Notes: generated by a model from the letters alone, not told the origin. A stretch of DNA of 55,096 nucleotides from an uncultured Staphylococcaceae bacterium (GCA_964495145.1 CAZBUP010000001.1:1-55096), one strand, 5' to 3'. Shown: positions 29,600 through 42,665, counted from the first letter of the stretch. Program-made: numbers and translations.

Positions 29600-31062
29600 T
29601 GTCATACCTCGATTTGACCATCGCCGAGATCCATGAAGCATTAGTGGCCAAAAAAGTCACGCCTCTAGATCTGACCAAGGAAGCAATCGCTAGGGCGAGA
29701 GCCAATCCCGACAACGCCTTTGAATTGATTTTGGAAGAGCAAGCTTTGGCGCAAGCCGCAACCTTAGGCGACATCGAAATCGACAATCCGCTTTGGGGTA
29801 TTCCCTTCGTCAGCAAAGACAACTACGCTACCCGGGGCATCGTCACCACGGCCAGCAGCGATGTCTTAAATGGATACAAGCCTCTTTTTAACGCGACGGT
29901 CATTGATCGGTTGCTTGAAAAGAAAGCCATTTTGATTGGTAAAACCACTTTGGATGAACTCGCCATGGGCGGGACCGGTACCACCGGGCACAAAGGTATC
30001 ACGTACAATCCCTTCGACCCGCGTCACGAGCGGATGATCGGCGGATCCAGCTGCGGCAGCGCCGCGGCCGTGGCCGCCTCGATCGTGCCGTTGGCGTTGG
30101 GCTCGGACACCGGCGATTCGGTCCGGAAACCAGCCGGTTACGCCGGGCTCGTCGGTATGAAACCGACTTGGGGCCGCATTTCGCGTTTTGGCTTGTTCCC
30201 GTTCGCGCCGTCGCTCGACCACGTCGGGTATTTCACCCGTTCCATCGCCGATTCGGCTTTGGTGACGAAAGTCTTGGCGGGGCCCGATCAAAAAGACGCC
30301 ACCAGCAGCCCGCGGCCAGTTGGCGATTATCAAGCCAAATTGGACCTCGGAGTCAAAGGCATGCGCATCGCCGTCATGCATGAAATCGTCAACTCGAAGC
30401 ACGATTCCTACATTAAGGCGAATTTCGACCATTTGATTGATTGCTTGACCCAAGCAGGCGCCATCGTCGACCGGGTGCATTTCCGCAAGGACCTTCTAGG
30501 AGCCATTTATCCGATGTACATCACCCTCGCTTCTGCCGAAGCCACCAGCAACGACGCCAATCTTGACGGAGTCAAGTTTGGACCGGCATCCTGGGGTAAG
30601 ACTTATGATGAAGCCATCATGAAAGCGCGGACCTCGGGTTTCTCGGAATTGATCAAACGGCGGTTCATTATCGGCAGTTACGCCTTGCTTCGGGAAAATC
30701 AAGACAGGTTGTTCATACGGGCGCAGAAAGGCCGGCGGCTCATCGTTCAGGAACTCGAAAAAATCTATCGCGACTACGATTTGATTTTGTCGCCGACGGC
30801 ACCGACCATCGCTCCCAAATTCGAAGACAAAACCGATAAATTTTCGGATCAATATTTGATTGCCGACAATCATTTGGTCTTAGGCAATTTCGCCGGGCTG
30901 CCCAGTTTGACCGTGCCCAGCGGCCTTGAAAACGGCATGCCCTATGGCGTCAACGTCATGGGCCGGCCTTTCGCCGAAGCCGACGTCTTCCAGTTGGGCG
31001 CCGCCATCGAAAGGATCACCGGATTGAAAAATCTGGCCGCTCCTAAGGAGGCCCACATATGA
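29599..31062 (+). CDS. gatA: Asp/Glu-tRNA amidotransferase subunit A
   Basis: Amidase signature GGSSCGSAAAVAA and GSDTGDSVRKPA. Confidence 0.95.
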   Translation: MSYLDLTIAEIHEALVAKKVTPLDLTKEAIARARANPDNAFELILEEQALAQAATLGDIEIDNPLWGIPFVSKDNYATRGIVTTASSDVLNGYKPLFNATVIDRLLEKKAILIGKTTLDELAMGGTGTTGHKGITYNPFDPRHERMIGGSSCGSAAAVAASIVPLALGSDTGDSVRKPAGYAGLVGMKPTWGRISRFGLFPFAPSLDHVGYFTRSIADSALVTKVLAGPDQKDATSSPRPVGDYQAKLDLGVKGMRIAVMHEIVNSKHDSYIKANFDHLIDCLTQAGAIVDRVHFRKDLLGAIYPMYITLASAEATSNDANLDGVKFGPASWGKTYDEAIMKARTSGFSELIKRRFIIGSYALLRENQDRLFIRAQKGRRLIVQELEKIYRDYDLILSPTAPTIAPKFEDKTDKFSDQYLIADNHLVLGNFAGLPSLTVPSGLENGMPYGVNVMGRPFAEADVFQLGAAIERITGLKNLAAPKEAHI

Positions 31063-32486
31063 ATTTCGAAGCCGTCATCGGATTGGAAATACACGTCGAA
31101 ATGAAGACACGCAGCAAAATGTTTTCCGATGCCCCGGTCACCTACGGGCATGCGCCCAACAGCGCCACCGTTCCGCTTGACTTGGCTCACCCCGGCGCGA
31201 TGCCTCGCCTCAACAAGCAAGCCGTCATCAATGCGATACGGGTCTGCCACGCCTTGCATATGGACATCGACCGCGAGTTATGGTTCGACCGCAAGAATTA
31301 TTTCTACGCCGATTTGCCCAAAGGGTTCCAAATCACCCAAAACGAACGTCCCATCGGCAAAAAAGGGTACTTGATGGTTAATGGTGGACAGGGTTTGCGG
31401 CGCGTCAACATCACGCGGTTGCACCTTGAAGAGGACACCGCCATGCAGCATCACTTCTACGACTGCACCTTGCTCGATTACAACCGGGCCGGCATCCCGC
31501 TAATCGAAATCGTATCCGAACCGGAGATACATTCAGGCCAGGAAGCCAGCGATTACGTCGAAAAAATCCGTTCGATCGTCACCTTCACCGATGTCAGTAA
31601 CGGCAAAATGGAAGAAGGCACCTTGCGCTGCGACGTCAATATCTCACTGCGGCCAATCGGAAGTGCGACTTTAGGTACCAAAGTCGAAGTCAAGAACATC
31701 AACTCGATTTCCAACGTCGCCAAAGCGATCGACTATGAGATAAAACGTCAATCCGAAGTACTGCTTTCGGGTCAACCTGTCATCCAGGAAACGCGCCGTT
31801 TCGACGATTCAATTAAGGAAACGCTACCCATGCGGCTGAAAACCGACGCCGTCGATTACAAGTATTTCACCGAGCCGAATTTGGTCCCAACCCGCCTAGG
31901 CGAAGCATTTGTCCAATCGGCCATCGATAGTTGTCCCGAATTGGCCGAACGCCGTTATGAACGCTATCTCAGCGATTTCGGGTTGAGTGAATATGACGCT
32001 TCACTGCTGATTTCTTCGCCCGACATATCCAACTATTTCGATCAATTGGTTAACTTGAAAACACCGGCGAAAATGGCCGCGAATTGGCTGAACGGCGAAA
32101 TCAGCGCCTATTTGAACAAAAACCAAATCGGCCTATCGCGTTTTCCAATCGAATCGGGCCGTTTGGCCGAATTGTTGGTTCTGATCGACCAAGGCCATAT
32201 CAGCCACAAACAAGGTCGCGAGTTGTTTTTTGCCATGTTGGCATCAAAAGAAACGGCTGGAGAACTCGTACAGAAGATGGGCCTCGCCCAAATATCGGAC
32301 CAAGACGCCTTGATGGCGATCGTCATCGCGGTTCTTGACGAAAACGCCCAATCGATCGTCGATTACAAAGCGGGCAAAGACCGGGCCTTAGGATATCTCG
32401 TCGGTCAGGTCATGAAGAAAACGCAAGGCAAAGCCAATCCCGGACTGGCCTCGAGCCTCGTTAAGCAAGCATTAGATCAGCGCTGA
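31059..32486 (+). CDS. gatB: Asp/Glu-tRNA amidotransferase subunit B
   Basis: IGLEIHVE N-terminus, LEEDTA, and a YqeY-like tail. Confidence 0.95.
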   Translation: MNFEAVIGLEIHVEMKTRSKMFSDAPVTYGHAPNSATVPLDLAHPGAMPRLNKQAVINAIRVCHALHMDIDRELWFDRKNYFYADLPKGFQITQNERPIGKKGYLMVNGGQGLRRVNITRLHLEEDTAMQHHFYDCTLLDYNRAGIPLIEIVSEPEIHSGQEASDYVEKIRSIVTFTDVSNGKMEEGTLRCDVNISLRPIGSATLGTKVEVKNINSISNVAKAIDYEIKRQSEVLLSGQPVIQETRRFDDSIKETLPMRLKTDAVDYKYFTEPNLVPTRLGEAFVQSAIDSCPELAERRYERYLSDFGLSEYDASLLISSPDISNYFDQLVNLKTPAKMAANWLNGEISAYLNKNQIGLSRFPIESGRLAELLVLIDQGHISHKQGRELFFAMLASKETAGELVQKMGLAQISDQDALMAIVIAVLDENAQSIVDYKAGKDRALGYLVGQVMKKTQGKANPGLASSLVKQALDQR

Positions 32487-32487
32487 A

Positions 32488-33357
32488 TCAGCGTTCGGTG
32501 CCGATGAAAAAGATGCCGACGGCCCCCGGGCCGGTATGGGCCCCGATGACGGGTCCGATTTCCCCAACGATGAGCGCTTCGATGTCGGGGTGGCGTTTCA
32601 ATATTTCTTCTTTGATGCGTTCGGCTTCGTCGCGACTGTCCGAGTGGGCGATCATGACGAGCTTTTGATGATCGAGCAGTCGATCCATTTCGTTTAAAAG
32701 GACGAGGATGGCGTTTTTCTTGCCGCGGGCGCGAGCGAAAGGCACCAGCTTGCCGTTAGCGTCGATGCGAAGGGCCGGTTTGGCGTTTAATAGCGTGCCG
32801 AGAATGGCTTTGGTCAGCGAAATGCGGCCGCCGCGCATGAGCGTTCCCAATTCCTCGACCGTGAAGAGCCCACAGACTTTTGGTTTAACGCTTTCGATTT
32901 GTTCGGCGATGGCTTCTAGCGTTTGGCCTTCGTTTTTCAATTGGGCGGCTTGATAGACGAGGAAACCTTGTCCGAGCGAAGCCAATAACGAATCGATGAT
33001 AATCATGGTCCGATCCGGGTATTTCTCGAGTAACTGCTCGCGTCCGACAAGCATCGATTGGTACGAGCCCGACAAGGCGCTGCTCAGGGTAATCATCAAG
33101 ATGTCGTAGCCTTCTTTGACGAGCGGTTCGATCGCCGACACGAAATCGGCCGGATTGAGCTGCGAGGTTTTGGCGATTTGCCGTTCGCGCAGCCGATTGT
33201 AGAAAACACGATTGCTGATTTCCCGTTGATCGGGGAAATTTTGGAACGACTCGTGCTTGAAATGAACAGTCATGGGGAGGATGCGAATATCGTGTTGCTT
33301 GATAATTTCCAATGGAAGATCGCAGCACGAATCCGCGACGATGAGGAAGCGATTCAT
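32488..33357 (-). CDS. DegV-family fatty-acid-binding protein
   Basis: N-terminus IVADSCCDLP, length 289 aa, and SD AAGGAG upstream. Confidence 0.88.
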   Translation of the reverse strand: MNRFLIVADSCCDLPLEIIKQHDIRILPMTVHFKHESFQNFPDQREISNRVFYNRLRERQIAKTSQLNPADFVSAIEPLVKEGYDILMITLSSALSGSYQSMLVGREQLLEKYPDRTMIIIDSLLASLGQGFLVYQAAQLKNEGQTLEAIAEQIESVKPKVCGLFTVEELGTLMRGGRISLTKAILGTLLNAKPALRIDANGKLVPFARARGKKNAILVLLNEMDRLLDHQKLVMIAHSDSRDEAERIKEEILKRHPDIEALIVGEIGPVIGAHTGPGAVGIFFIGTER

Positions 33358-33508
33358 GGGGAGAGACTCCTTATAGTTTTATTAAGTCAACAGAACTCGC
33401 TTCGAAATGCGAAGCTATGGATGCTATATTAACGAAATTTCAAGAAAAAATCCATCAATAACTTTTTCGATTTGATTCCAAGGCGGGCCTAAGCCTCAAA
33501 AAGTAATA

Positions 33509-33535
33509 TTCAAAATCAGCGATTCCGTCTACAAT
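33509..33535 (+). promoter_or_regulatory. Candidate promoter for the preQ1 riboswitch-queT operon
   Basis: TTCAAA, 15 nt, then TACAAT (33530-33535). The predicted TSS lies immediately 5' of riboswitch P1. The spacer is short. Confidence 0.35.
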
Positions 33536-33543
33536 AAACGAGA

Positions 33544-33581
33544 AGGTGTTGTCTGGCAACCACCTACAATAAAACCAGGAG
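33544..33581 (+). promoter_or_regulatory. Candidate preQ1-I riboswitch (H-type pseudoknot that sequesters the SD)
   Basis: P1 is AGGUG (33544-33548) paired with CACCU (33561-33565). There is a 12-nt loop UUGUCUGGCAAC and an A-rich tail ACAAUAAAA. CCAG (33575-33578) pairs with the loop CUGG. SD AGGAG overlaps P2. Confidence 0.6.
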
Positions 33582-33589
33582 AATCTTTG

Positions 33590-35225
<1,636 letters not shown>

Positions 35226-35226
<1 letters not shown>

Positions 35227-36272
35227 TGGACATCGAGCTTTTTAATTTTCCCTTGCCGGAACGGCTCATCGCCCAGCATCCGACTGATCGACGCGACCAA
35301 TCGCGCCTGCTCGTGTTAAATAAAACGACGGGCATGGTCGAGCACCGGATCTTTTCCGATATCCTTGATTATCTGAAACCGGGTGACGTCCTGGTGCGGA
35401 ACAATACCCGGGTGATTCCCGCCCGTCTTTATGGAACCAAACTGGAGACGAATGCCCATGTCGAAGTGCTGCTTCTTAAAGAAACACGTCCCGATGTGTA
35501 CGAATGTTTGGTCGGCAACGCCAAGGTCGTGAAAGTTGGGACGAGCATTTCTTTTGGAGACGGCCTTCTGATCGGAACTTGCCTAGCAGTCGGCGAGGAA
35601 GGCGTCCGCATGGTGCAATTCGCTTATCAAGGCGTTTTTCTCGAAGTGCTGGAAACGATTGGCCAGATGCCGTTGCCTCCTTATATCCACGAACCTTTAA
35701 CCGACAAGACCCGATACCAAACGGTCTATGCCCTGATCAACGGTTCAGCCGCCGGACCGACGGCCGGCTTCCATTTCACCCCGGAACTCTTCAAGGCCGC
35801 CCAAGCCAAAGGCGTCCTGATCGTCGACATCACGTTGCATATCGGCTTGGCGACATTTCGCCCGGTCAAGGCCAAAGACACCGACGATCACAAGATGCAT
35901 TTCGAGCAATATCACATCGACGAAGCGACGGCCGCCTGTCTGAACTTGGCCAAACGCGACCATCGCCGCATCATCGCCGTGGGGACGACTTCGACCCGAG
36001 CCCTCGAGGCCAACGTAAAGAAGTACGGTTGCTTCACGGCCTGTCAAGAAGGCACCGACATTTTCATTTACCCGGGATATCGGTTTCGTGCCATCGACGC
36101 CATCATCACCAATTTCCACTTGCCGAAATCGACGTTGATCATGATGATCTCGGCTTTTGCCGGCCGCGAGACAATCATGAAAACCTATGCGGAAGCGATT
36201 GAAAAGGCGTATCGTTTCTTTAGTTTTGGAGACGCGATGTTCATTTATGGAACGGAAAATCAATTACCATAA
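35226..36272 (+). CDS. queA: S-adenosylmethionine:tRNA ribosyltransferase-isomerase
   Basis: FNFPLPERLIAQHP N-terminus, VGTTSTRALE and NFHLPKSTL. There is a TGATG overlap with tgt. Confidence 0.95.
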
Positions 36273-36894
36273 GGAAGCTCTGAAAATCGTTGCCGAACTG
36301 CGGGGCCGTCGGCCCAAGCTGTTGGCGCACGTATGCTGCGGACCTTGCAGCACTTATCCGCTGAAATGGCTTCATCAATATTTCGACATGACTTTGATTT
36401 ACCATAATTCCAACATCTATCCCAAGGCCGAATACGACCGTCGCCATCGCGTTTTGTTGGACTTCGTCACGCGGTTCAACGCGGATTATGGCGCCGCGGT
36501 TGACGTCATCGCCACTCCCTATGAAAACGACCGTTTCAACCAATTCCTCGAACCGTTTAAAGACGAGCCCGAAGGCGGGGCGCGCTGCCGCGTCTGCTAT
36601 CGGATCCGCATGGAGGAATCGATGGCCTATGCTGCCAGTCACGGCTATGAGTATTTCACCACGGTGATGACGATATCGCCCCATAAAGATTCGCAAATCA
36701 TCAATGCGATTGGGCGCGGGCTTCAGATTAAATATCCCTCGGTCCGTTATTTCCATTCCGATTTCAAAAAGGACAATGGGTTCCTGGAAGCCGGGAATAT
36801 GTGCGAAAAATATTGCCTGTATCGCCAGGTATATTGCGGTTGCCGTTATAGTTACGAGGCGATGCTGAAGGGCGACGAGCGGCCCGACGTTTGA
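36247..36894 (+). CDS. queH: Epoxyqueuosine reductase QueH (DUF208)
   Basis: LLAHVCCGPCS and a CRVCY Fe-S Cys pattern typical of QueH. The ATG at 36247 overlaps the queA 3' end by 26 nt. Confidence 0.85.
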   Translation: MERKINYHKEALKIVAELRGRRPKLLAHVCCGPCSTYPLKWLHQYFDMTLIYHNSNIYPKAEYDRRHRVLLDFVTRFNADYGAAVDVIATPYENDRFNQFLEPFKDEPEGGARCRVCYRIRMEESMAYAASHGYEYFTTVMTISPHKDSQIINAIGRGLQIKYPSVRYFHSDFKKDNGFLEAGNMCEKYCLYRQVYCGCRYSYEAMLKGDERPDV

Positions 36895-36935
36895 TTTTTT
36901 CCGCGTATATAATTAGTTCTTTATATATAAAAACC

Positions 36936-36964
36936 TTGACTTGACCATTCGGCTCAGGTATATT
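36936..36964 (+). promoter_or_regulatory. Promoter of the S10 ribosomal-protein operon
   Basis: -35 TTGACT (36936-36941), a 17-nt spacer, and -10 TATATT (36959-36964). An AT-rich UP-like tract lies at 36921-36933. Confidence 0.6.
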
Positions 36965-37092
36965 TTTGAAGGTTATCGGCCGCATTGAAGTGCGAGGTTG
37001 CTGACACACCGACAGGCGTTGTCATGAATCGGCAGTCAGGGAATTCGCATCGAGCACCGGTATAGCCTGATATTCATAGGAGGAAAAAATTC

Positions 37093-37404
37093 ATGGCTAA
37101 GAAACAGAAGATCCGCGTACGGCTCCAAGCTTATGATCACAAGATTCTCGATCACAGCATCGAGAAGATCATCGCCGCCGTCTTACGCACGGGAGCGACC
37201 GTCGTCGGTCCGATCCCGCTACCGACCGAAAAGCAAGTCTACACGTTATTGCGCGCGGTCCACAAGTACAAGGATGCTCGGGAGCAATTTGAAATCCGCA
37301 CCCACAAGCGTCTGATCGACATTACCGACCACAACAAGCAGACCGTCGATGCGCTGCGCCAATTGGATCTGCCCAATGGCGTCGACATTGACATCAAATT
37401 ATAA
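37093..37404 (+). CDS. rpsJ: 30S ribosomal protein S10
   Basis: [28 protein letters not shown], and first position in the S10 operon. Confidence 0.98.
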   Translation: MAKKQKIRVRLQAYDHKILDHSIEKIIAAVLRTGATVVGPIPLPTEKQVYTLLRAVHKYKDAREQFEIRTHKRLIDITDHNKQTVDALRQLDLPNGVDIDIKL

Positions 37405-37417
37405 GGAGGCATGATTC

Positions 37418-38125
37418 ATGAAAGCGATTGTCGGACGCAAAATCGGCATGACCCAACTGTTCACCAATGATGGTAAATCCCATTCGGTGACCGTGATTGA
37501 AGTCCTGCCCAACGTCATTACGCAAATCAAAACCGTGGCCACCGATGGTTATGACGCCGTCCAAGTGGGCTACGAAGAACTGAAGGAGAACCGGGCCAAC
37601 CAACCGGAAAAAGGCATCTTTGCCAAGGCTGGCACCACTCCGAAACAAAACTTATTCGAAATCTCGGTCCCCGACGTGTCTCAATACAAAGTCGGTGATC
37701 ATCTCGACGTCTCGATCTTCCAGCCCGGCGACGTCGTCGACGTCATCGGCGTCAGCAAAGGCAAAGGATTCAGCGGCGCCATCAAACGGTGGCACTACAC
37801 CATCGGACCCAAAGGCCACGGCGGCGGTTACCCGCACCGGACAGCCGGTTCCATGGCTACCGTCGGTCGGACCAACAACCGGATTCACCCCGGCAAGAAA
37901 ATGGCCGGCCACCACGGTCACCAACAAGCCACGATTCTTAACCTCGTCGTGTTAAGCACCGACGTCGGCAAAAACGCACTGGTCGTCCGCGGCGGCGTGC
38001 CCGGACCCAAAAAGGGTTTGCTGACCATTAGAAGCGCCATCAAACAACAACTCGGCCATCCCTTCGACTTGAAACCGCTCCACGCGATCGCCAAGGACGA
38101 ACCGAAAGCCGAAACGGCCGAATAG
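37418..38125 (+). CDS. rplC: 50S ribosomal protein L3
   Basis: GRKIGMTQLF N-terminus and conserved order. It is 235 aa, with a C-terminal extension. Confidence 0.97.
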   Translation: MKAIVGRKIGMTQLFTNDGKSHSVTVIEVLPNVITQIKTVATDGYDAVQVGYEELKENRANQPEKGIFAKAGTTPKQNLFEISVPDVSQYKVGDHLDVSIFQPGDVVDVIGVSKGKGFSGAIKRWHYTIGPKGHGGGYPHRTAGSMATVGRTNNRIHPGKKMAGHHGHQQATILNLVVLSTDVGKNALVVRGGVPGPKKGLLTIRSAIKQQLGHPFDLKPLHAIAKDEPKAETAE

Positions 38126-38137
38126 GAGGAACCATCA

Positions 38138-38785
38138 ATGGCAGAAAAGAAAGCCAAAGCACTGGCAGTTGATGTGCTGAACCTCGCCGGAGAGAAATCC
38201 GGCACCGTGAAGTTGAACCCGGCCGTATTCGGGATTGAACCCCACCAAGCCTCGATGTTCGACGCGGTCCAAGTCTACCAAGCCAATTTGCGGCAAGCCA
38301 CGGCCAAAACCAAGAAACGGGATGAAGTCAGCGGCGGCGGCAAAAAGCCTTGGCGGCAAAAGGGCACCGGTCGCGCCCGGGCCGGCAGCAGCCGGTCGCC
38401 GATTTGGGTCGGCGGCGGCAAAGTCTTCGGACCCACCGGCATCCAAACCTTCAAACTATCGCAAAACAAATCCGAGCATCGGCTCGCGTTGCGCTCGGCC
38501 TTGTCGCTCAAAGTGGCGGACAAGAAATTGATCGTCGTCGACGCATTCAAGTTCGACGCCTTCAAGACCAAAACCGCGGTGGCCACCCTCGCTGCCCTCA
38601 AAGCCGAAGGCAAAATCCTCGCGGTCGTCCCCGAACTCGAATTGACCACCTACGCCAGCGTGCGCAATCTCGAGAAGTTGATCCTCGTCGATCAAACTAA
38701 CGTCAGCGTCTACGATTTGCTCAACAGCGACACCGTCATCGTCTCGAAGCCGGTCATCGCTTATCTTGAGGAGGTGCTTCAATAA
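38138..38785 (+). CDS. rplD: 50S ribosomal protein L4
   Basis: [14 protein letters not shown] motif and conserved order. Confidence 0.97.
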   Translation: MAEKKAKALAVDVLNLAGEKSGTVKLNPAVFGIEPHQASMFDAVQVYQANLRQATAKTKKRDEVSGGGKKPWRQKGTGRARAGSSRSPIWVGGGKVFGPTGIQTFKLSQNKSEHRLALRSALSLKVADKKLIVVDAFKFDAFKTKTAVATLAALKAEGKILAVVPELELTTYASVRNLEKLILVDQTNVSVYDLLNSDTVIVSKPVIAYLEEVLQ

Positions 38786-39135
38786 TGGCACGCGCAAAGA
38801 AAACAACCACGCCGGAGCCGGTCACCCCAACGGCGACGAGCACCGACACCAAGGTCTTCAACGCCATCGGGGAACCGGTCATCACCGAAAAAACCATGGC
38901 CTTGATTCAAAACCACAACCAAGTGACGGTCAAAGTCAACCCCAGCAGCAACCGCACCGAGATCAAGAAGGCTTTCGAGGCCATCTACAAGGTCAAGGTC
39001 GCCAAAGTCCACATTTCCAACGTCTTGCCCCATTCAACGCGGCGAGGCGGACGATACCAAGGCCGCGTCCCCGGCTACAAGAAAGCCATCGTGACGCTTA
39101 AAGAAGGCCAAGCCTTGGACTTGTTCAAAGAGTAA
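38785..39135 (+). CDS. rplW: 50S ribosomal protein L23 (with an N-terminal extension)
   Basis: ITEKTMAL...VTVKVNP core and a TAATG junction with rplD. Confidence 0.96.
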   Translation: MARAKKTTTPEPVTPTATSTDTKVFNAIGEPVITEKTMALIQNHNQVTVKVNPSSNRTEIKKAFEAIYKVKVAKVHISNVLPHSTRRGGRYQGRVPGYKKAIVTLKEGQALDLFKE

Positions 39136-39170
39136 GCCCTCGATAACGGCTCAAATATAGGAGAAGCAAT

Positions 39171-40004
<834 letters not shown>

Positions 40005-40019
40005 TAGGGAGGAAAACAT

Positions 40020-40325
40020 ATGGCTCGCAGTTTAAAAAAGGGTCCCTTCTGTGACGCGTATTTACTAAAGCGCGTCGAGAAGTTGAATCAAACCCACAAG
40101 AAAGAAATCATCAAGACCTGGTCTCGCCGTTCGACCATCTTCCCGCAATTCATCGAACATACATTCGCCGTCTATAACGGACGCGAACACATTACCGTCT
40201 ACGTGACGGAAGACATGGTCGGCCACAAGCTCGGCGAATTCTCGCCGACCCGCACCTATCGCGGCCACACCGGCCATACCGCCGAAGACAAGGCCGCCTC
40301 GGCCTCGTCGACCACCGGCAAGTAG
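40020..40325 (+). CDS. rpsS: 30S ribosomal protein S19
   Basis: [11 protein letters not shown]-terminus and [22 protein letters not shown]. Confidence 0.97.
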   Translation: MARSLKKGPFCDAYLLKRVEKLNQTHKKEIIKTWSRRSTIFPQFIEHTFAVYNGREHITVYVTEDMVGHKLGEFSPTRTYRGHTGHTAEDKAASASSTTGK

Positions 40326-40336
40326 GAAGGAGCACC

Positions 40337-40678
40337 ATGAAAGCAACTCAAGCCCAAGCATTGGCCACCTCCGTCCGCGTCACCCCGCGCAAAGCCCGGC
40401 TCGTCATCGACTTGGTCCGCGGCAAATCGGTCAAGGAAGCCTTAGGCATCCTGGCCAACGTCAACAAATCGTCGACGGAACCGATCGTCAAACTGATCAA
40501 AAGCGCCGCCGCCAACGCCAAGAACAACCACGAGATGGATGAGAGCAAACTCTACATCGCCGCCATCTACGCTAACGACGGCCCCCGCCTCAAACGGTTC
40601 TTGCCGCGCGCCAAAGGATCGGCCTCAGCCATTTTGAAACGGACGTCGCACCTGACCTGCGTCGTCAAAGAGAGATAA
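40337..40678 (+). CDS. rplV: 50S ribosomal protein L22
   Basis: VRVTPRKARLVIDLVRGK. Confidence 0.97.
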   Translation: MKATQAQALATSVRVTPRKARLVIDLVRGKSVKEALGILANVNKSSTEPIVKLIKSAAANAKNNHEMDESKLYIAAIYANDGPRLKRFLPRAKGSASAILKRTSHLTCVVKER

Positions 40679-40689
40679 GGAGCATAACC

Positions 40690-41364
40690 ATGGGACAAAA
40701 AGTTAATCCGGTCGGCATGCGCATCGGCATTTACCGTGATTGGAATTCGCGCTGGTTCGCCGACAAACACGATTATGCGACCTTCCTCAACGAGGACCTC
40801 AAAATCCGGGGTTACCTGGACAAGAACCTCAAAGACGCCCTCCTCTCGCACACTGAAATCGAACGGGTGAAAACCGACAAGGGCACCAACGTCACCGTCA
40901 TCGTTTACGTGGGACGTCCCGGCGTCGTCATCGGACAAGACGGGGCCCGCGTCAACCAAATCAAGAAAGACCTCGAGAAGATCGTTCACTCCGGTACCCT
41001 CAAAATCGACGTGCTGGAAGTCAAATCGCCCGATCTCAACGCCAAACTCGTGGCTTTGAGCATCGCCAAGCAATTAGAAGAACGGGCCAGTTTCCGCATC
41101 GCGCAAAAACGCGCGATCCAACGGGTCCGCAAAGCCGGGGCCAAAGGCGTCCGCACCCTGGTGTCCGGTCGTCTCGGCGGAGCCGAAATCGCCCGCAGTG
41201 AAGGCTATAAAGAAGGAACCATCCCGCTTCATACCCTGCGCAGCGACATCGATTACGCCCAAGTCGAAGCCCACACGACCTATGGCCGTCTCGGCGTCAA
41301 AGTGTGGATTTGCCGCGGCGATTACCGCCCGGAAACGGAAGAAAACCGCGGTAAGGGAGAGTAA
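40690..41364 (+). CDS. rpsC: 30S ribosomal protein S3
   Basis: [13 protein letters not shown] and a KH domain. Confidence 0.98.
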   Translation: MGQKVNPVGMRIGIYRDWNSRWFADKHDYATFLNEDLKIRGYLDKNLKDALLSHTEIERVKTDKGTNVTVIVYVGRPGVVIGQDGARVNQIKKDLEKIVHSGTLKIDVLEVKSPDLNAKLVALSIAKQLEERASFRIAQKRAIQRVRKAGAKGVRTLVSGRLGGAEIARSEGYKEGTIPLHTLRSDIDYAQVEAHTTYGRLGVKVWICRGDYRPETEENRGKGE

Positions 41365-41369
41365 GTCAT

Positions 41370-41789
41370 ATGTTACAGCCAAAACGCGTCAAATACCGCC
41401 GTCCCCACGGCATCAAATACGAGGGCTTATCGAAAGCCGGCAATGAAGTATCCTTCGGGGAATACGGCCTCCAAGCCGTGTCCGGAAACTGGATCTCGGC
41501 CCGGCAAATCGAAGCCGCCCGTATCGTGTTGGCCAGCTACACCAAACGTAGCGGCCACATCTGGATCCGCATCTATCCGCATTTAGCCAAGACCAAGAAG
41601 CCGGCCGAAGTTCGGATGGGATCCGGCAAAGGGGCCCCCGAATTATGGGTGGCCGTCGTCAAGAAGAACCGCGTCATGTTCGAAATCGGCGGCGTTCCGG
41701 AAGCGACCGCGCGCGAAGCCTTGCGCCTGGCCGCCTACAAACTGCCGATCAAATCGCGGGTCATTACTAAAGAAAGGAGCTCGGAATAA
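41370..41789 (+). CDS. rplP: 50S ribosomal protein L16
   Basis: [12 protein letters not shown]-terminus. Confidence 0.98.
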   Translation: MLQPKRVKYRRPHGIKYEGLSKAGNEVSFGEYGLQAVSGNWISARQIEAARIVLASYTKRSGHIWIRIYPHLAKTKKPAEVRMGSGKGAPELWVAVVKKNRVMFEIGGVPEATAREALRLAAYKLPIKSRVITKERSSE

Positions 41790-41989
41790 TGCTTAAACTC
41801 AAAGAAATTCGGGAAATGAACGCGACCGAATTGAAACAAAAAGCCTACAGCCTCAAAGAAGAGCTCTTCAATCTGCGGCGCAAACAAGCCGTCGGCCAAC
41901 TTGAAAAAGGGGCCACCATCACCACCATCAGAAAAGACATCGCGCGCATTTACACGGTCATTCGCGAGCGCGAGCTCGGGATTAAATAA
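41789..41989 (+). CDS. rpmC: 50S ribosomal protein L29
   Basis: 66 aa, LKEELFNLR, and a TAATG junction. Confidence 0.95.
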   Translation: MLKLKEIREMNATELKQKAYSLKEELFNLRRKQAVGQLEKGATITTIRKDIARIYTVIRERELGIK

Positions 41990-42000
41990 GGAGGAACGCA

Positions 42001-42288
42001 ATGATGGAAAACAGAACATCACGTCGTAGTTTCACCGGCATCGTCGTTTCCGACAAAGCGGACAAGACGATCGTCGTGCGCGTGGAAACCTACCGCAAGC
42101 ATCCCAAATATGCCAAACGGGTGCTCTATACCAAGAAGTTCGTCGCCCACGACGAGACCAACAGCGCCCACGAAGGCGACCTCGTCGAAATCATGGAGAC
42201 GCGTCCTTTAAGCGCCACCAAGCGCTACCGCTTGATCCAAATCCTGGCCAAAGGCGAAACCCACGTCGAAGTCAAGGAGGTCGAGTAA
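42001..42288 (+). CDS. rpsQ: 30S ribosomal protein S17
   Basis: [17 protein letters not shown]...HPKYAKR. Confidence 0.96.
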   Translation: MMENRTSRRSFTGIVVSDKADKTIVVRVETYRKHPKYAKRVLYTKKFVAHDETNSAHEGDLVEIMETRPLSATKRYRLIQILAKGETHVEVKEVE

Positions 42289-42290
42289 TC

Positions 42291-42665
42291 ATGGTCCAAG
42301 TCGAAACCAATCTAGTCGTGGCCGATAACTCCGGGGCGCGGAAAGTCCGCATCTTCCGGTTGTACGGCGGATCGTACCGCTCGACTTCGACTGTCGGCGA
42401 CATCGTCTTGTGCGCCGTCAAAGACGCCATTCCCAATGGCAAAATCAAAAAAGGCGAAATTGTCAAAGGCATCATCGTCCGGACCAAGAAAGCCGTGGCT
42501 CGGGCCGACGGTTCTACCGTCAGCTTCGACGACAATGCCGTCGTGCTCATCAACGACGATGGTTCACCGCGCGGAACGCGCGTTTTCGGACCGGTGGCCC
42601 GCGAGTTGCGCGACAAAGGCGAAGGCGCGATGAAAATCATCTCGCTGGCGCCCGAGGTCCTGTAG
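42291..42665 (+). CDS. rplN: 50S ribosomal protein L14
   Basis: [10 protein letters not shown] and [13 protein letters not shown]. Confidence 0.97.
   Translation: MVQVETNLVVADNSGARKVRIFRLYGGSYRSTSTVGDIVLCAVKDAIPNGKIKKGEIVKGIIVRTKKAVARADGSTVSFDDNAVVLINDDGSPRGTRVFGPVARELRDKGEGAMKIISLAPEVL

Noticed and set aside
33399-33415. A hairpin GCTTCG-AAATG-CGAAGC lies in the degV-queT intergenic region.
   Set aside because: There is no U-tract on either strand, the stem is short (6 bp), and it has no recognisable regulatory context.
35504-36202. A 232-aa alternative-frame ORF lies inside queA, and a 181-aa one lies inside map (48197-48742).
   Set aside because: Both are Arg/Pro/His-rich off-frame translations that sit entirely within well-supported genes.
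36908-36913. A second TATAAT box lies upstream of the S10 promoter.
   Set aside because: It has no plausible -35 or TG extension. It sits within the AT-rich UP-like tract of the better-spaced TTGACT-17-TATATT promoter.
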